Assembly: GCA_934131695.1 (NCBI GenBank)
Contig: CAKOZV010000001.1
Span: forward strand, 74,060 to 138,059
Direction of reading: 5' to 3'
DNA length: 64,000 nucleotides
From: an uncultured Bacilli bacterium
Lineage (GTDB): Bacteria; Bacillota_I; Bacilli_A; RF39; UBA660
In this document: positions 19,833 through 29,172 of the stretch, one piece after another
How the letters are laid out: the number at the start of each line of letters is the position of its first letter
Position numbering within the stretch: position 1 is the first letter of the stretch
Notes under the pieces: model-generated
The model's database searches: none
Told to the model about the DNA's origin: nothing
What the model saw: only the letters and a program-made list of their open reading frames with translations
Program-made: the position numbers and the translations under genes

Positions 19833-22259
19833 ATGTATCCACTAGGTAAACAGTTTAGAATGGATTTAACTAAATCTAAAAGTGATGAAAAATGTATTGT
19901 TAAAGGTGATAAGTATCGTTTTACTATCCTTAGTGAAAGACTTATTAGACTTGAATATAATGTAAATGGCCATTTTGTAGATAAGCCTAGTCAGTTTGCT
20001 TTATATCGTTCTTTTAATTATCCTAATTATCAGGTAAAACAAGATAGTAAATTCTTAGAAATTACTACTAATTACTTTAGACTTACTTATGTTAAGGAAA
20101 TGCCTTTTACTGGTAGTAAAGTAGACCCTATGAAAAACTTAAAGATAACACTTCTTAGTAGTAAAAATGAAAATGAAAATAGAGATTGGTATTATGGTCA
20201 TCCTGAAGTTAGAAATATGAATGGTAATATGATAAGTGAAGATATTACTATTCCAAGTAATTTAAAAAGAGGACTTTATTCCTTAGAAGGATTTTCTTCT
20301 ATTGATGACTCTAATAGTTTATTATTTTTAGAAGATGGAACCTTTGAACAAAGAGAAAATGGTAGTATTGATATATATGTATTTATGTATAATAAGGACT
20401 TTTCTTTAGCTCTTAGTGATTATTTTAAATTAACAGGTAATCCTTCACTTATCCCCAGATATGCTTTAGGCAACTGGTGGAGTAGAAATACTACATATGA
20501 CCCTGATAAGATTATGGATACTATTAGTCATTTTGAAAGAAGGAAAGTACCACTTGCTATCTTTCTTTTAGATAAAGACTGGCATTATCGTAATATTGGC
20601 AATAATAAAAATCTTCATACTGGCTTTACCTTCAATGCTAAGTTATTTCCTAAACCAAAAGAATTTATTGACACCTTACATGAGCACAATGTTAGAGTTG
20701 GTTTAGAAATAGATCCTACAGAAGGAATCTACCCTCATGAAGCTTATTATCAGCAAGCCTGTCAATATCTTGATATAAAAGATAATACCATAATAAAATT
20801 TGATCCATTAAATCCTAAACTATTAGATATTTACTTTAAATTATTTCTTCATCCATTAGAAAGTATGGGAGTGGATTTCTTCTTTCATGACTATAAAGGC
20901 GATAACCAAGCTTTAAAATTATTAGCATATAATCATTATAACTATTTAGATTCAGGAAGAAATCCCGCTAAGCGTAGTTTAATTTTAGCAAGAAATGGTA
21001 TATATGCCCCTCATAGATATCCGGTTTTGTATGCTGGTAGTAGTGAAGTATCTTGGGATGGTTTAAGAGAAATATCAGCTAGTACTTTAAGTGCTAGTAA
21101 CATAGGTGTATCATTTTGGAGTCATGATGTTGGTGGTAACCATGGTGGTATAGAGGAAAGTGAATTATACCTTCGTTATGTGGAACTAGGATGTTTTAGT
21201 CCGATATTAAGATTTCATGCAGCAAGAGGAGTTTACTATAAAAGGGAGCCATGGCGTTGGGATATAAAGACAGAAACTATTGCTAATGATTATTTAAGAT
21301 TAAGACATCGTTTAATACCATATCTATATACAGAATGTTATCACTATTATAAAGATGGTAAATGTCTTGTAGAACCGTTCTATTACCAGTATCCTTGGGT
21401 AATAGATGATAATAAATATAAGTATCAATATTTCTTTGGAAAGGAACTGCTAGTATGTCCTATTCTTAAAAAGAAAGAAGTTACTATGAACCGTACTATT
21501 CATGAGTTTTATATCCCTGAAGGTATTTGGTATGACTTTAAGACAGGAAAAAAATTTCCAGGTGCTAAAAAGTATGTATCTTTCTTCCGTGAAGAAGATT
21601 ATCCGGTATTCGCTAAGAGTGGAGCAATTATACCACTATCTAATAGGAGTGATAGAAATAATATTGGTTTGCCGCTTGATCTTGAAATTCATATCTTCCC
21701 AGGAACTTCTAACGTCTATACTTTATATGAAGATGATGGACTAACCTCATTATATAAAGAAGGACTATTCTTGAAAACAGATATAGATTACAACTACTTA
21801 AAAAATAACTATACTGTTATTGTTAGATCAGTAGAAGGTAAAAGTGGAGTAGTACCACAAAAGAGAAATTATCGTTTTAGATTTAGAAATACTAAGCAAG
21901 CAGAAGAGGTTAAAGCTTACTACAATGATAGAGAAATACCAATCGCTTCTCAGTATATTGAAGATAATGACTTTGTAGTAGAAGTAAGAAAAGTTAATAC
22001 TATTGGACAATTAACTCTAATGTGTCGTGGTAAAGATATTGAAATAGATGCTGTTCGTTTAATAAATGAGGATATCAATAGTATCTTAATGGACTTACAA
22101 ATAGAAACTTACTTAAAAGAAAAAATAGCAGATATAATCTTTTCTGACTTACCAATAAAGAAGAAAAGAATTGCTATTAGAAAATTAAAACGTGATTCTT
22201 TATCAAAAGAATATATAAATCTATTCTTAAAATTATTAGAATATATTGAACAAGTCTAG
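19833..22259 (+). CDS. Glycoside hydrolase family 31 (alpha-glucosidase/xylosidase-like)
   Basis: 808 aa. The region DKDWHY...FFFHDYKGD...WSHDVGG resembles the GH31 catalytic barrel. Confidence 0.75.
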   Translation: MYPLGKQFRMDLTKSKSDEKCIVKGDKYRFTILSERLIRLEYNVNGHFVDKPSQFALYRSFNYPNYQVKQDSKFLEITTNYFRLTYVKEMPFTGSKVDPMKNLKITLLSSKNENENRDWYYGHPEVRNMNGNMISEDITIPSNLKRGLYSLEGFSSIDDSNSLLFLEDGTFEQRENGSIDIYVFMYNKDFSLALSDYFKLTGNPSLIPRYALGNWWSRNTTYDPDKIMDTISHFERRKVPLAIFLLDKDWHYRNIGNNKNLHTGFTFNAKLFPKPKEFIDTLHEHNVRVGLEIDPTEGIYPHEAYYQQACQYLDIKDNTIIKFDPLNPKLLDIYFKLFLHPLESMGVDFFFHDYKGDNQALKLLAYNHYNYLDSGRNPAKRSLILARNGIYAPHRYPVLYAGSSEVSWDGLREISASTLSASNIGVSFWSHDVGGNHGGIEESELYLRYVELGCFSPILRFHAARGVYYKREPWRWDIKTETIANDYLRLRHRLIPYLYTECYHYYKDGKCLVEPFYYQYPWVIDDNKYKYQYFFGKELLVCPILKKKEVTMNRTIHEFYIPEGIWYDFKTGKKFPGAKKYVSFFREEDYPVFAKSGAIIPLSNRSDRNNIGLPLDLEIHIFPGTSNVYTLYEDDGLTSLYKEGLFLKTDIDYNYLKNNYTVIVRSVEGKSGVVPQKRNYRFRFRNTKQAEEVKAYYNDREIPIASQYIEDNDFVVEVRKVNTIGQLTLMCRGKDIEIDAVRLINEDINSILMDLQIETYLKEKIADIIFSDLPIKKKRIAIRKLKRDSLSKEYINLFLKLLEYIEQV

Positions 22260-22284
22260 GATAGGAATATCCTTTTCTTTTTTC
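22257..22284. repeat. Direct repeat copy 1 (GH31 stop plus terminator hairpin), partner at 23175..23200
   Basis: TAGGATAGGAATATCCTTTTCTTTTT against TAGGATAGAAATATCCTTTTCTTTTT. The hairpin AGGATA/TATCCT is retained in both copies. Confidence 0.8.
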
Positions 22285-22351
22285 TTTAATCCTACTAGAG
22301 ACGAAAGTATGATATAATAATTTATGAGGAACCCATTAAGGAGTTGATATT

Positions 22352-23182
22352 ATGGCATTACCAAAGTATAAATATTCTAAAGTCATAGAGTACTGGAAAA
22401 GTAAAGAAATAAATACGGTAGAAAAGGCTAATAATATTTTGGATAACTTTAGTATTTTGTTTGCTTACAATTCTGGAACTATTGAAAATAAAGAAATTAC
22501 TTATCATGATACTAGAGAAATATTTGTAAATGGAAAGGTAATAAACTTTACTGGAAATTTAAGAACATTATATGAAATTGAAAATCAAAAAAAAAGTTAT
22601 TATTATGTCATACCTAAAATAATTGATAAAGTACCTTTAAATGAAGAACTTATAAAAAAAATCCATAAGACACTAACAAAAGGTACTTATGATGAGAGAA
22701 GATATGAAATTAATAAAGAACGAGCAGGAGAATACAAAAAACACGATTATGTAACAGGTAAAAATGAAGTTGGGACTAATCCAGAAAATGTTCAAAAAGA
22801 AGTTTTAGAATTATTAGAAGAAATAAACCATGTTTCTAATCCAACTGATGAAGAAGTTATCAAAATAGCTGCTTATACACATAATGTTATTGAACAAATT
22901 CATCCGTTTGCAGATGGGAACGGTAGACTTGGAAGAACTCTAGCTAATTATATTTTAATGTTTTATAACTTGCCACCTATCATAATATATGATGAAGATA
23001 AAAACTATTATTATGCCGCTTTAGAAAAGTTTGATGAAAAAGATGACTTATCATCAATGGTAGAATTCTTTAAATATGAAATGGAAAAGACTTGGGAAAA
23101 GGCACTTGATAGAGAATATAGTGTTTCAAAGTTACCAAACAAACTCTCTGAATATATTAATAATGATAATAATATAGGATAG
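22352..23182 (+). CDS. Fic-family protein (canonical AMPylation-type motif)
   Basis: HPFADGNGRLGRTLANY matches HxFx(D/E)GNGRxxR. Confidence 0.85.
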   Translation: MALPKYKYSKVIEYWKSKEINTVEKANNILDNFSILFAYNSGTIENKEITYHDTREIFVNGKVINFTGNLRTLYEIENQKKSYYYVIPKIIDKVPLNEELIKKIHKTLTKGTYDERRYEINKERAGEYKKHDYVTGKNEVGTNPENVQKEVLELLEEINHVSNPTDEEVIKIAAYTHNVIEQIHPFADGNGRLGRTLANYILMFYNLPPIIIYDEDKNYYYAALEKFDEKDDLSSMVEFFKYEMEKTWEKALDREYSVSKLPNKLSEYINNDNNIG

Positions 23183-23200
23183 AAATATCCTTTTCTTTTT
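23175..23200. repeat. Direct repeat copy 2 (see 22257..22284)
   Basis: 25/26 identical to copy 1. It overlaps the last codons and stop of the Fic gene. Confidence 0.8.
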
Positions 23201-23367
23201 GCAAATAATTCATTGATTTTCACCAGAAATTACTACATAATGGTAAAAAGTGGTGAAAATAGTTGAAATCTAAGTTAGCTAAAAAAATAAATTTAATAAA
23301 TTTTAGTCTAATTTAAGACATTTTATTAGAAATTTGATAAAATGATAATATGAGGGGAGACCATGAT

Positions 23368-24120
23368 ATGAAAGCGATGATTACAGGGGCATCGAGTGGA
23401 ATTGGAAGAGATATGGCTAAAATACTTAGTGATAAATCTTACGATTTAATATTGGTTGCCAGAAATAAAGAAGCTTTAGAGACTCTAAAGAAAGAGTTAA
23501 AGACTAAAGTAGAAATATTTGTTGTAGATCTTAGTGATACTTCTAAAGTAAAAGAACTTTATGAAAAAACTAAGAATGAAAAAATTGATTTACTAATAAA
23601 TAATGCAGGATATGGAATATTTGGTTCTTTTGATGAAACTAATCTAGATGATGAGTTAAATATGATAGATGTAAATGTTAAAGCTGTACACATACTAACT
23701 AAACTTTATCTAAAAAATATGAAAAAAAGAAATAGTGGTACTATCTTAAATGTTGCTAGTAGTGCCGCCTTTTTCCCAGGACCATTACTATCTAGTTATT
23801 ATGCTAGTAAAAGTTATGTCTACAAGCTAAGTCTTGCCATTAATGAAGAATTAAAGAGATGTAAGAGTAATGTTAAAATATTAGTCTTATGTCCAGGACC
23901 AGTAGCTACTAATTTTAATAATCGAGCAGGAGTTACTTTTTCTGTTAAACCACTAACTAGTTATTATGTAGCAGACTATGCCTTAAAGAAATGTTTAAAA
24001 GGAAAGACCATTATTATTCCTTCGCTAACTATGAAATTAGGAAAGTTTTTCTCTCACTTTGTAAGTGATAAATTTATTGCTAAAATAACTTATAATATTC
24101 AAAAGAAGAAGGAAAAGTAA
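23368..24120 (+). CDS. Short-chain dehydrogenase/reductase (SDR)
   Basis: TGASSGIG cofactor motif, NNAG, and the catalytic YASKSYV (YxxxK). Confidence 0.85.
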   Translation: MKAMITGASSGIGRDMAKILSDKSYDLILVARNKEALETLKKELKTKVEIFVVDLSDTSKVKELYEKTKNEKIDLLINNAGYGIFGSFDETNLDDELNMIDVNVKAVHILTKLYLKNMKKRNSGTILNVASSAAFFPGPLLSSYYASKSYVYKLSLAINEELKRCKSNVKILVLCPGPVATNFNNRAGVTFSVKPLTSYYVADYALKKCLKGKTIIIPSLTMKLGKFFSHFVSDKFIAKITYNIQKKKEK

Positions 24121-24905
24121 TGGCCCTATTAGCCGTAGAAAATCTTGATATTATTCCATTTAAAGGAATGAATAAAACCTTTAGAAATGGTACTATTTCC
24201 TTTGTAGCAGGTGCTAATAATTCTTATAAGACACTTTTAATTAAAGTGTTATCAGGTATAGTTAAGACAGAAGAAAAAATAAGAGTCAATAGAACATTTG
24301 TAGAACAAATTACTACTAAGCAGTATCCTTACCAAATTCAAGTAATCTTTGAAGATGAGAACTTTAAAACAACAACAGTAAAAGAAGAAATTATTTTAAC
24401 ACTTATCAAAACTAATATCCCCGATGAAGAGTTTACTAAAACTAAAAGAAAAATATTATCATTATTTCAACTTACTAAAGAAGAAAATAAGAATATAGAA
24501 GATTTAGATAAGTTTAGTAAAATAAAATTGAATTTAGCTTGTGCTTTTATTTATAGTCCAGAAGTAATGTTAATTGATGATATCTTTAAATACTTAAATG
24601 AAGAACAATTGAAATTTATTACAAAGGTATTTAAACAATATAAAGATAAAATAAAATTTATCTGTATGACCAATAATCTTGATGTTCCTCTTTACTTTGA
24701 AGAAGTTGACCTATCTATTTTAGATAAAGGTAGAATTGTTAAAGAAGGAGATATCTTATCAGTGCTTGATGATGACAGTATGCTAAATAAATTAGGATTT
24801 AGACTACCATTTATGATTGATTTATCTTTAAAACTAAAGTATTATAATTTAGTCGATAAAATTATTTTAGATCAAAAAGAAATGGTGGAGATGTTATGGA
24901 AATAA
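24120..24905 (+). CDS. EcfA1-like ABC ATPase homologue with degenerate catalytic motifs
   Basis: Sits where ecfA1 normally lies upstream of truA-rplM-rpsI and has an EcfA-like C-terminus (LGFRLPFMIDLSLKL). Walker A is GANNSYKT, the signature is FSKIK, and Walker B is MLIDDI. Confidence 0.6.
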   Translation: MALLAVENLDIIPFKGMNKTFRNGTISFVAGANNSYKTLLIKVLSGIVKTEEKIRVNRTFVEQITTKQYPYQIQVIFEDENFKTTTVKEEIILTLIKTNIPDEEFTKTKRKILSLFQLTKEENKNIEDLDKFSKIKLNLACAFIYSPEVMLIDDIFKYLNEEQLKFITKVFKQYKDKIKFICMTNNLDVPLYFEEVDLSILDKGRIVKEGDILSVLDDDSMLNKLGFRLPFMIDLSLKLKYYNLVDKIILDQKEMVEMLWK

Positions 24906-25693
24906 AACTTACTCATGTAAAGACAACTAACTTAACTGATATATCTATTACCATACCATCATCTGTTATTACAGGTATAACTGGTGAAAATAGTAAAGAA
25001 ATACTAGAAGTTATTTCTTTTTCTAACTCCTTTAAAGGTAGTATCTATTTTGATAAAGAAAGAGTAACTAAAAAGAAACAGAATGAGTATAAGGGTAAGA
25101 CTTATTATGTTCCTTTAGAATTTGAACTAGACTATCCTTTATATACAGTAGAAGAATATCTAAGATATTTTATTTTAACTAATTTTTTAAAAACAAAAGA
25201 TATAGATGAAAAGATAGATGGAGCTTTAAAGATAGTAGGCTTTGATAAAAAAATACTTAAAAGGACAATAACTACACTATCATCAAGTGAAAAGAAATGG
25301 TTTCAATTATCTCTTGCTTTCTTAATTAATCCAAGCATCTTGCTACTAGATAATCCTTTTACTTATTTTGATGAGAAAGAGAAGATAAAACTAATAAGAA
25401 TCTTAGAAAGACTTAAAGATAAGTTTCATAAAACAATAATTATTACTAGTGATGATCAGGATCTTTTATATGAAATAACTAGATATTTAATAGTACTAAA
25501 AGATGGGTATTTATATCAAGAAGGACTTACGGAAAGCGTTTATTATTATCTGTTTGATGAGAAAGAGTTGGGTATTTCCCTTCCTAAAATAGTTTCTTTT
25601 ATCAAACTAGTAGAAAGTAGTAAGAAAGTTAAACTAGATCATAGAAAAGATATAAAAGATCTAATGAAAGATATTTATAGAGAGGTAAGATAA
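24896..25693 (+). CDS. EcfA2-like ABC ATPase homologue with degenerate catalytic motifs
   Basis: Walker A region GITGENSKE, signature LSSSEKK, Walker B ILLLDNP (no catalytic Glu). 10-nt overlap with the preceding gene. Confidence 0.6.
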   Translation: MEIKLTHVKTTNLTDISITIPSSVITGITGENSKEILEVISFSNSFKGSIYFDKERVTKKKQNEYKGKTYYVPLEFELDYPLYTVEEYLRYFILTNFLKTKDIDEKIDGALKIVGFDKKILKRTITTLSSSEKKWFQLSLAFLINPSILLLDNPFTYFDEKEKIKLIRILERLKDKFHKTIIITSDDQDLLYEITRYLIVLKDGYLYQEGLTESVYYYLFDEKELGISLPKIVSFIKLVESSKKVKLDHRKDIKDLMKDIYREVR

Positions 25694-25694
25694 T

Positions 25695-26441
25695 ATGAGA
25701 TTTTTAATACATTTTTCTTATGATGGTAGTTCTTTTCATGGCTATCAAACTCAACCTGGATATAGGACTATTCAAGAAGAGTTAGAAAACGCTGCTACTA
25801 AAATAAATAATGGTGAAAAGGTAAAAGTAGTAGCAAGTGGAAGAACTGATAAGAAAGTTCATGCTTATCATCAAGTAGCACACCTAGATATGAATGTTTC
25901 TATTAGTCCTAAACAAGTTAAAAGAGCAATGAATAGATATTTACCTAGTGATATTCATGTTTTTGAAACAGAGGAAGTAAGTAGTGATTTTCATGCTAGG
26001 TATTATGTTATCTCTAAGACTTATGAGTATCACTTAAATATGGGAGAGTATAATCCTATTAGAAGAAATTACTGTTATCAACATAATTATAAATTAGATA
26101 TAGAAGCGATGAAGAAGGCTATTACTTATTTTATTGGTACCCATGACTTTAGAGCTTTTGTTACAGAAAATAGTATTAAAGATAATTGTGTTAGAACGAT
26201 AACTAATGCTTCTATAACTTTAGATGATTATTATAAAGATGAAATAGTATTTACTTTTGAAGGTAATGGATTTTTAAGATATCAAGTTAGAAATATGGTT
26301 GGTTTACTAATAAAAGTTGGTACTGGTAAGATAGATTATAAACTAGTAAAAGAAGTACTTGATAGTAAAGTAAGGGGAAAATATGGAACAACAGCAAAAG
26401 CAGAAGGATTATATCTAAAAAATATTGTGCTAAGAAGTTGA
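25695..26441 (+). CDS. truA: tRNA pseudouridine(38-40) synthase
   Basis: YDGSSFHGYQTQP and GRTDKKVHA (catalytic Asp). Conserved position before rplM. Confidence 0.92.
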   Translation: MRFLIHFSYDGSSFHGYQTQPGYRTIQEELENAATKINNGEKVKVVASGRTDKKVHAYHQVAHLDMNVSISPKQVKRAMNRYLPSDIHVFETEEVSSDFHARYYVISKTYEYHLNMGEYNPIRRNYCYQHNYKLDIEAMKKAITYFIGTHDFRAFVTENSIKDNCVRTITNASITLDDYYKDEIVFTFEGNGFLRYQVRNMVGLLIKVGTGKIDYKLVKEVLDSKVRGKYGTTAKAEGLYLKNIVLRS

Positions 26442-26465
26442 CAAATCAAAAGATTATGGTATAAT
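26438..26465 (+). promoter_or_regulatory. Predicted extended -10 promoter of rplM-rpsI
   Basis: TTGACA (26438-26443), 16-nt spacer, TGgTATAAT (26457-26465). A ~70-nt leader follows with a small CCCAC/GTGGG hairpin. Confidence 0.5.
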
Positions 26466-26537
26466 TTTAATCGGTACATTTAAATCCCCACATAAATTAA
26501 ACGGTGGGAACGTTTGATTTAAGTAAAGGAGAAAAAT

Positions 26538-26966
26538 ATGAATAGTTTTATGCAAAAAAAAGAAACAGTTACAAGAAATTGGTATGTAATCGATGCTGAG
26601 GGAAAACCTCTAGGACGTGTTGCTAGTAAAGCTGCAGTTTTACTACGTGGTAAACATAAACCTACTTATACACCTCATATTGATTGTGGAGACTATGTAA
26701 TTATTGTTAATGCTTCTAAAGTATTATTAACTGGTAATAAATTAGAAGATAAGAAATATTACAATCACTCTCAATATCCAGGTGGATTAAGAGTTCGTAC
26801 TGCAAAAGAAATGGTAGAACGTTATCCAGAAGAAATGGTAGAAAAAGCTGTTAAAGGTATGTTACCTCATAACCGTTTAGGTCGTGCTATGTACAAGAAA
26901 TTATTTGTATATGCAGGTGAAAATCATCCTCATATGGCTCAAAAACCAGAAGAAATGGATATTTAA
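26538..26966 (+). CDS. rplM: 50S ribosomal protein L13
   Basis: 142 aa, [16 protein letters not shown]...[12 protein letters not shown]. Confidence 0.95.
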   Translation: MNSFMQKKETVTRNWYVIDAEGKPLGRVASKAAVLLRGKHKPTYTPHIDCGDYVIIVNASKVLLTGNKLEDKKYYNHSQYPGGLRVRTAKEMVERYPEEMVEKAVKGMLPHNRLGRAMYKKLFVYAGENHPHMAQKPEEMDI

Positions 26967-26979
26967 GGAGGTTTAAGTT

Positions 26980-27399
26980 ATGGCAAAAGATAAAGTTTAT
27001 ACTGGAACAGGTAGAAGAAAAACATCAGTTGCTCGTGTAACTCTTACAAGAGGAACTGGTAAGATTACTATTAATGGTCGTGATGTAAATGAATATTTTC
27101 CACATCAAACAATGGTAATGGATTTAACTCAACCATTAGATATTACTGGTACAAGAGATATATTTGATGTAACAGCTAATGTATCAGGTGGAGGATGTTC
27201 AGGACAAGCTGGAGCAGTAAGACATGGTATTACTAAAGCATTATTAATCTATGATGCAGCAACTCCAGTTGAATCAGAAAATAGTTTCCGTAGAATTCTT
27301 AAGAAGGAAGGATTTATTACAAGAGATCCACGTAAGAAGGAACGTAAGAAACCAGGACTTAAAAAAGCACGTCGTGCACCACAATTCTCAAAACGTTAA
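26980..27399 (+). CDS. rpsI: 30S ribosomal protein S9
   Basis: 139 aa, [12 protein letters not shown] ... [14 protein letters not shown]. Confidence 0.95.
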   Translation: MAKDKVYTGTGRRKTSVARVTLTRGTGKITINGRDVNEYFPHQTMVMDLTQPLDITGTRDIFDVTANVSGGGCSGQAGAVRHGITKALLIYDAATPVESENSFRRILKKEGFITRDPRKKERKKPGLKKARRAPQFSKR

Positions 27400-27455
27400 T
27401 TGTTTCTATTCCTCGAAAATTTATATTTTCGGGGTTTTGTGTTTTTGGAGGTAAA

Positions 27456-28127
27456 ATGAAAAAATTTCTTTCTAATTTTGATTTAAAAATAATTGCTATT
27501 ATTACTATGACAATTGACCATATTGGGGCTATTATGTATCCGAATATAGATATTTTTAGAATAATAGGAAGAATAAGTTTTCCAATCTTTGCCTTCTTGT
27601 TAGTAGAAGGATTTAAACATACTAGTAATAAACTTAAATATTTTTTAAGACTATTCTTATTTGCCATTATTACCCAACCTATTTATGACTATGCATTTAA
27701 TAATCGTGAATTAAATATTTTATTTACTTTTTCTTTATCATTTCTATTATTAAGTAGTATAGAATTTATAAAGAAAATTATAAATAAATATAATAAAGGT
27801 ATAGAAAATTATCTTTATAAAACAGTATTTTATTCATTAACTTATATTTTATTTGTTCTTTTTTCTATAATACTAAATGTTGACTATCAGGCTTTAGGAA
27901 TAAGTTTAGTCTTTATATTTTATTTAGTACCTAATCTTTATTTATCATTTTTACTATATTTGCTAGCAGTTATATTTCTTGCTACTAATGCTATTCAGTT
28001 TTATAGTTTACTGTCATTTCTATTTATCTATATGTATAATGGAGAAAAAGGGAAAAATATTAAATATTTCTTTTATCTATATTATCCACTACATCTTTTG
28101 ATTTTAAAAATGTTGCAAATTTTGTAG
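27456..28127 (+). CDS. TraX-family membrane protein
   Basis: LKIIAIITMTIDHIGAI N-terminus and multi-pass membrane topology. GGAGG RBS. Confidence 0.75.
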   Translation: MKKFLSNFDLKIIAIITMTIDHIGAIMYPNIDIFRIIGRISFPIFAFLLVEGFKHTSNKLKYFLRLFLFAIITQPIYDYAFNNRELNILFTFSLSFLLLSSIEFIKKIINKYNKGIENYLYKTVFYSLTYILFVLFSIILNVDYQALGISLVFIFYLVPNLYLSFLLYLLAVIFLATNAIQFYSLLSFLFIYMYNGEKGKNIKYFFYLYYPLHLLILKMLQIL

Positions 28128-28173
28128 CATTTTTTTTAGTTTTGCATAAATTACTTTAGAGGGAGGAATGTGT

Positions 28174-28512
28174 ATGTTAAAACTAACTATTTTACAACAG
28201 ATGCTAGTAGTTTCCATTGCCTTAAGTACTATTACTTGTGCTCTAGTTCAAAAAACAAAAAGATGTTTAAAGTGTTCTTCATGTTTATGTCTTTATAGCT
28301 TTGCTGTCAACTTAGTATTAGGTGTTCTTTTCTGTATTACTTTTACCTCTATTACCTTTCCTGAAAGTTTATGGGTAGGCTTTTTTAGTTTTATTGGAGC
28401 TGATACAATCTATAAATCTTTAGAAGGTAAGCTTAAATCATATAGAGATTTAACTAATAGTGAAAGTATTGTGATTAATAAGAAAAATGTTATAGAGAGG
28501 AGTAAAAAATAA
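28174..28512 (+). CDS. Holin-like small membrane protein
   Basis: About 112 aa with 2-3 TM helices and a charged C-terminal tail (KKNVIERSKK). GGGAGG RBS 7 nt before the ATG at 28174. The stop overlaps the start of the M23 gene. Confidence 0.55.
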   Translation: MLKLTILQQMLVVSIALSTITCALVQKTKRCLKCSSCLCLYSFAVNLVLGVLFCITFTSITFPESLWVGFFSFIGADTIYKSLEGKLKSYRDLTNSESIVINKKNVIERSKK

Positions 28513-29168
28513 TGGAAAAACCTCTTTATCCTAGTCCTTATATGCGAATAACTCAAGGTTATGGAGTAGGAACTCATAAGAATAGTTTTGCTATAGATGA
28601 TGGGGGAAGTGATTCGGGAATAGATTTTATTCTAGCCCCATTTACGGGAGTTATTAAAAAGATTTATCCCAATGATGCTAACGAAGTATGGTTAGAGAGT
28701 ATTGATAAAGTAGAGTATCCTGATGGCACAATTGATTATATGACTATGTTATTCGCTCATGATAATGATGTTTCTAATTTGAAAGTTGGGCAAGTAATTC
28801 CTAGAGGAACAAGGTTTTATGAAGAAGGAACTAAGGGAAATGTAACTGGTAATCATGTGCATATGGAATGTGGAAAAGGAAAGTTTACTGGTAGTGGTTG
28901 GCATAAGAATGAAAGTGGTTATTGGTCTATTAATAATCCTAAGAATCCAGTTGATTGTCTTTGGATAGATGATAGTATAAAAGTATTAAATAGTAATGGT
29001 TATAGTTTTAAAAAGATAGAATCTATAAAAGAAGAAACAAAAAAAGAAGAAGTAACTGATAATCAGAATAATACTTCAACTAGAAAAATAGAATTAGTAT
29101 TTACTTGTAAGGAAAATGGTTTATATGCGATTGAATTAAAAGAAAATGAAAAATTATATATTGAATAA
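28512..29168 (+). CDS. M23-family metallopeptidase without signal peptide
   Basis: GNHVHMECG (HxH motif) preceded by GTHKNSFAIDDGG. No N-terminal hydrophobic segment. Confidence 0.7.
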   Translation: MEKPLYPSPYMRITQGYGVGTHKNSFAIDDGGSDSGIDFILAPFTGVIKKIYPNDANEVWLESIDKVEYPDGTIDYMTMLFAHDNDVSNLKVGQVIPRGTRFYEEGTKGNVTGNHVHMECGKGKFTGSGWHKNESGYWSINNPKNPVDCLWIDDSIKVLNSNGYSFKKIESIKEETKKEEVTDNQNNTSTRKIELVFTCKENGLYAIELKENEKLYIE

Positions 29169-29172
29169 TCTT

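Noticed and set aside
21502-21744. Same-strand alternative-frame ORFs (21502..21744 in GH31, 45489..45680, 27251..27454)
   Set aside because: They are embedded out of frame in longer ORFs with clear domain signatures. No RBS.
26466-26537. Ribosomal-protein L13 leader structure upstream of rplM
   Set aside because: I can support only a 5-bp CCCAC/GTGGG hairpin by eye. It cannot be distinguished from chance without a covariance-model scan.
27359-27667. 102-aa minus-strand ORF spanning the rpsI-traX junction
   Set aside because: It overlaps two supported plus-strand genes and the intergenic promoter/RBS region.
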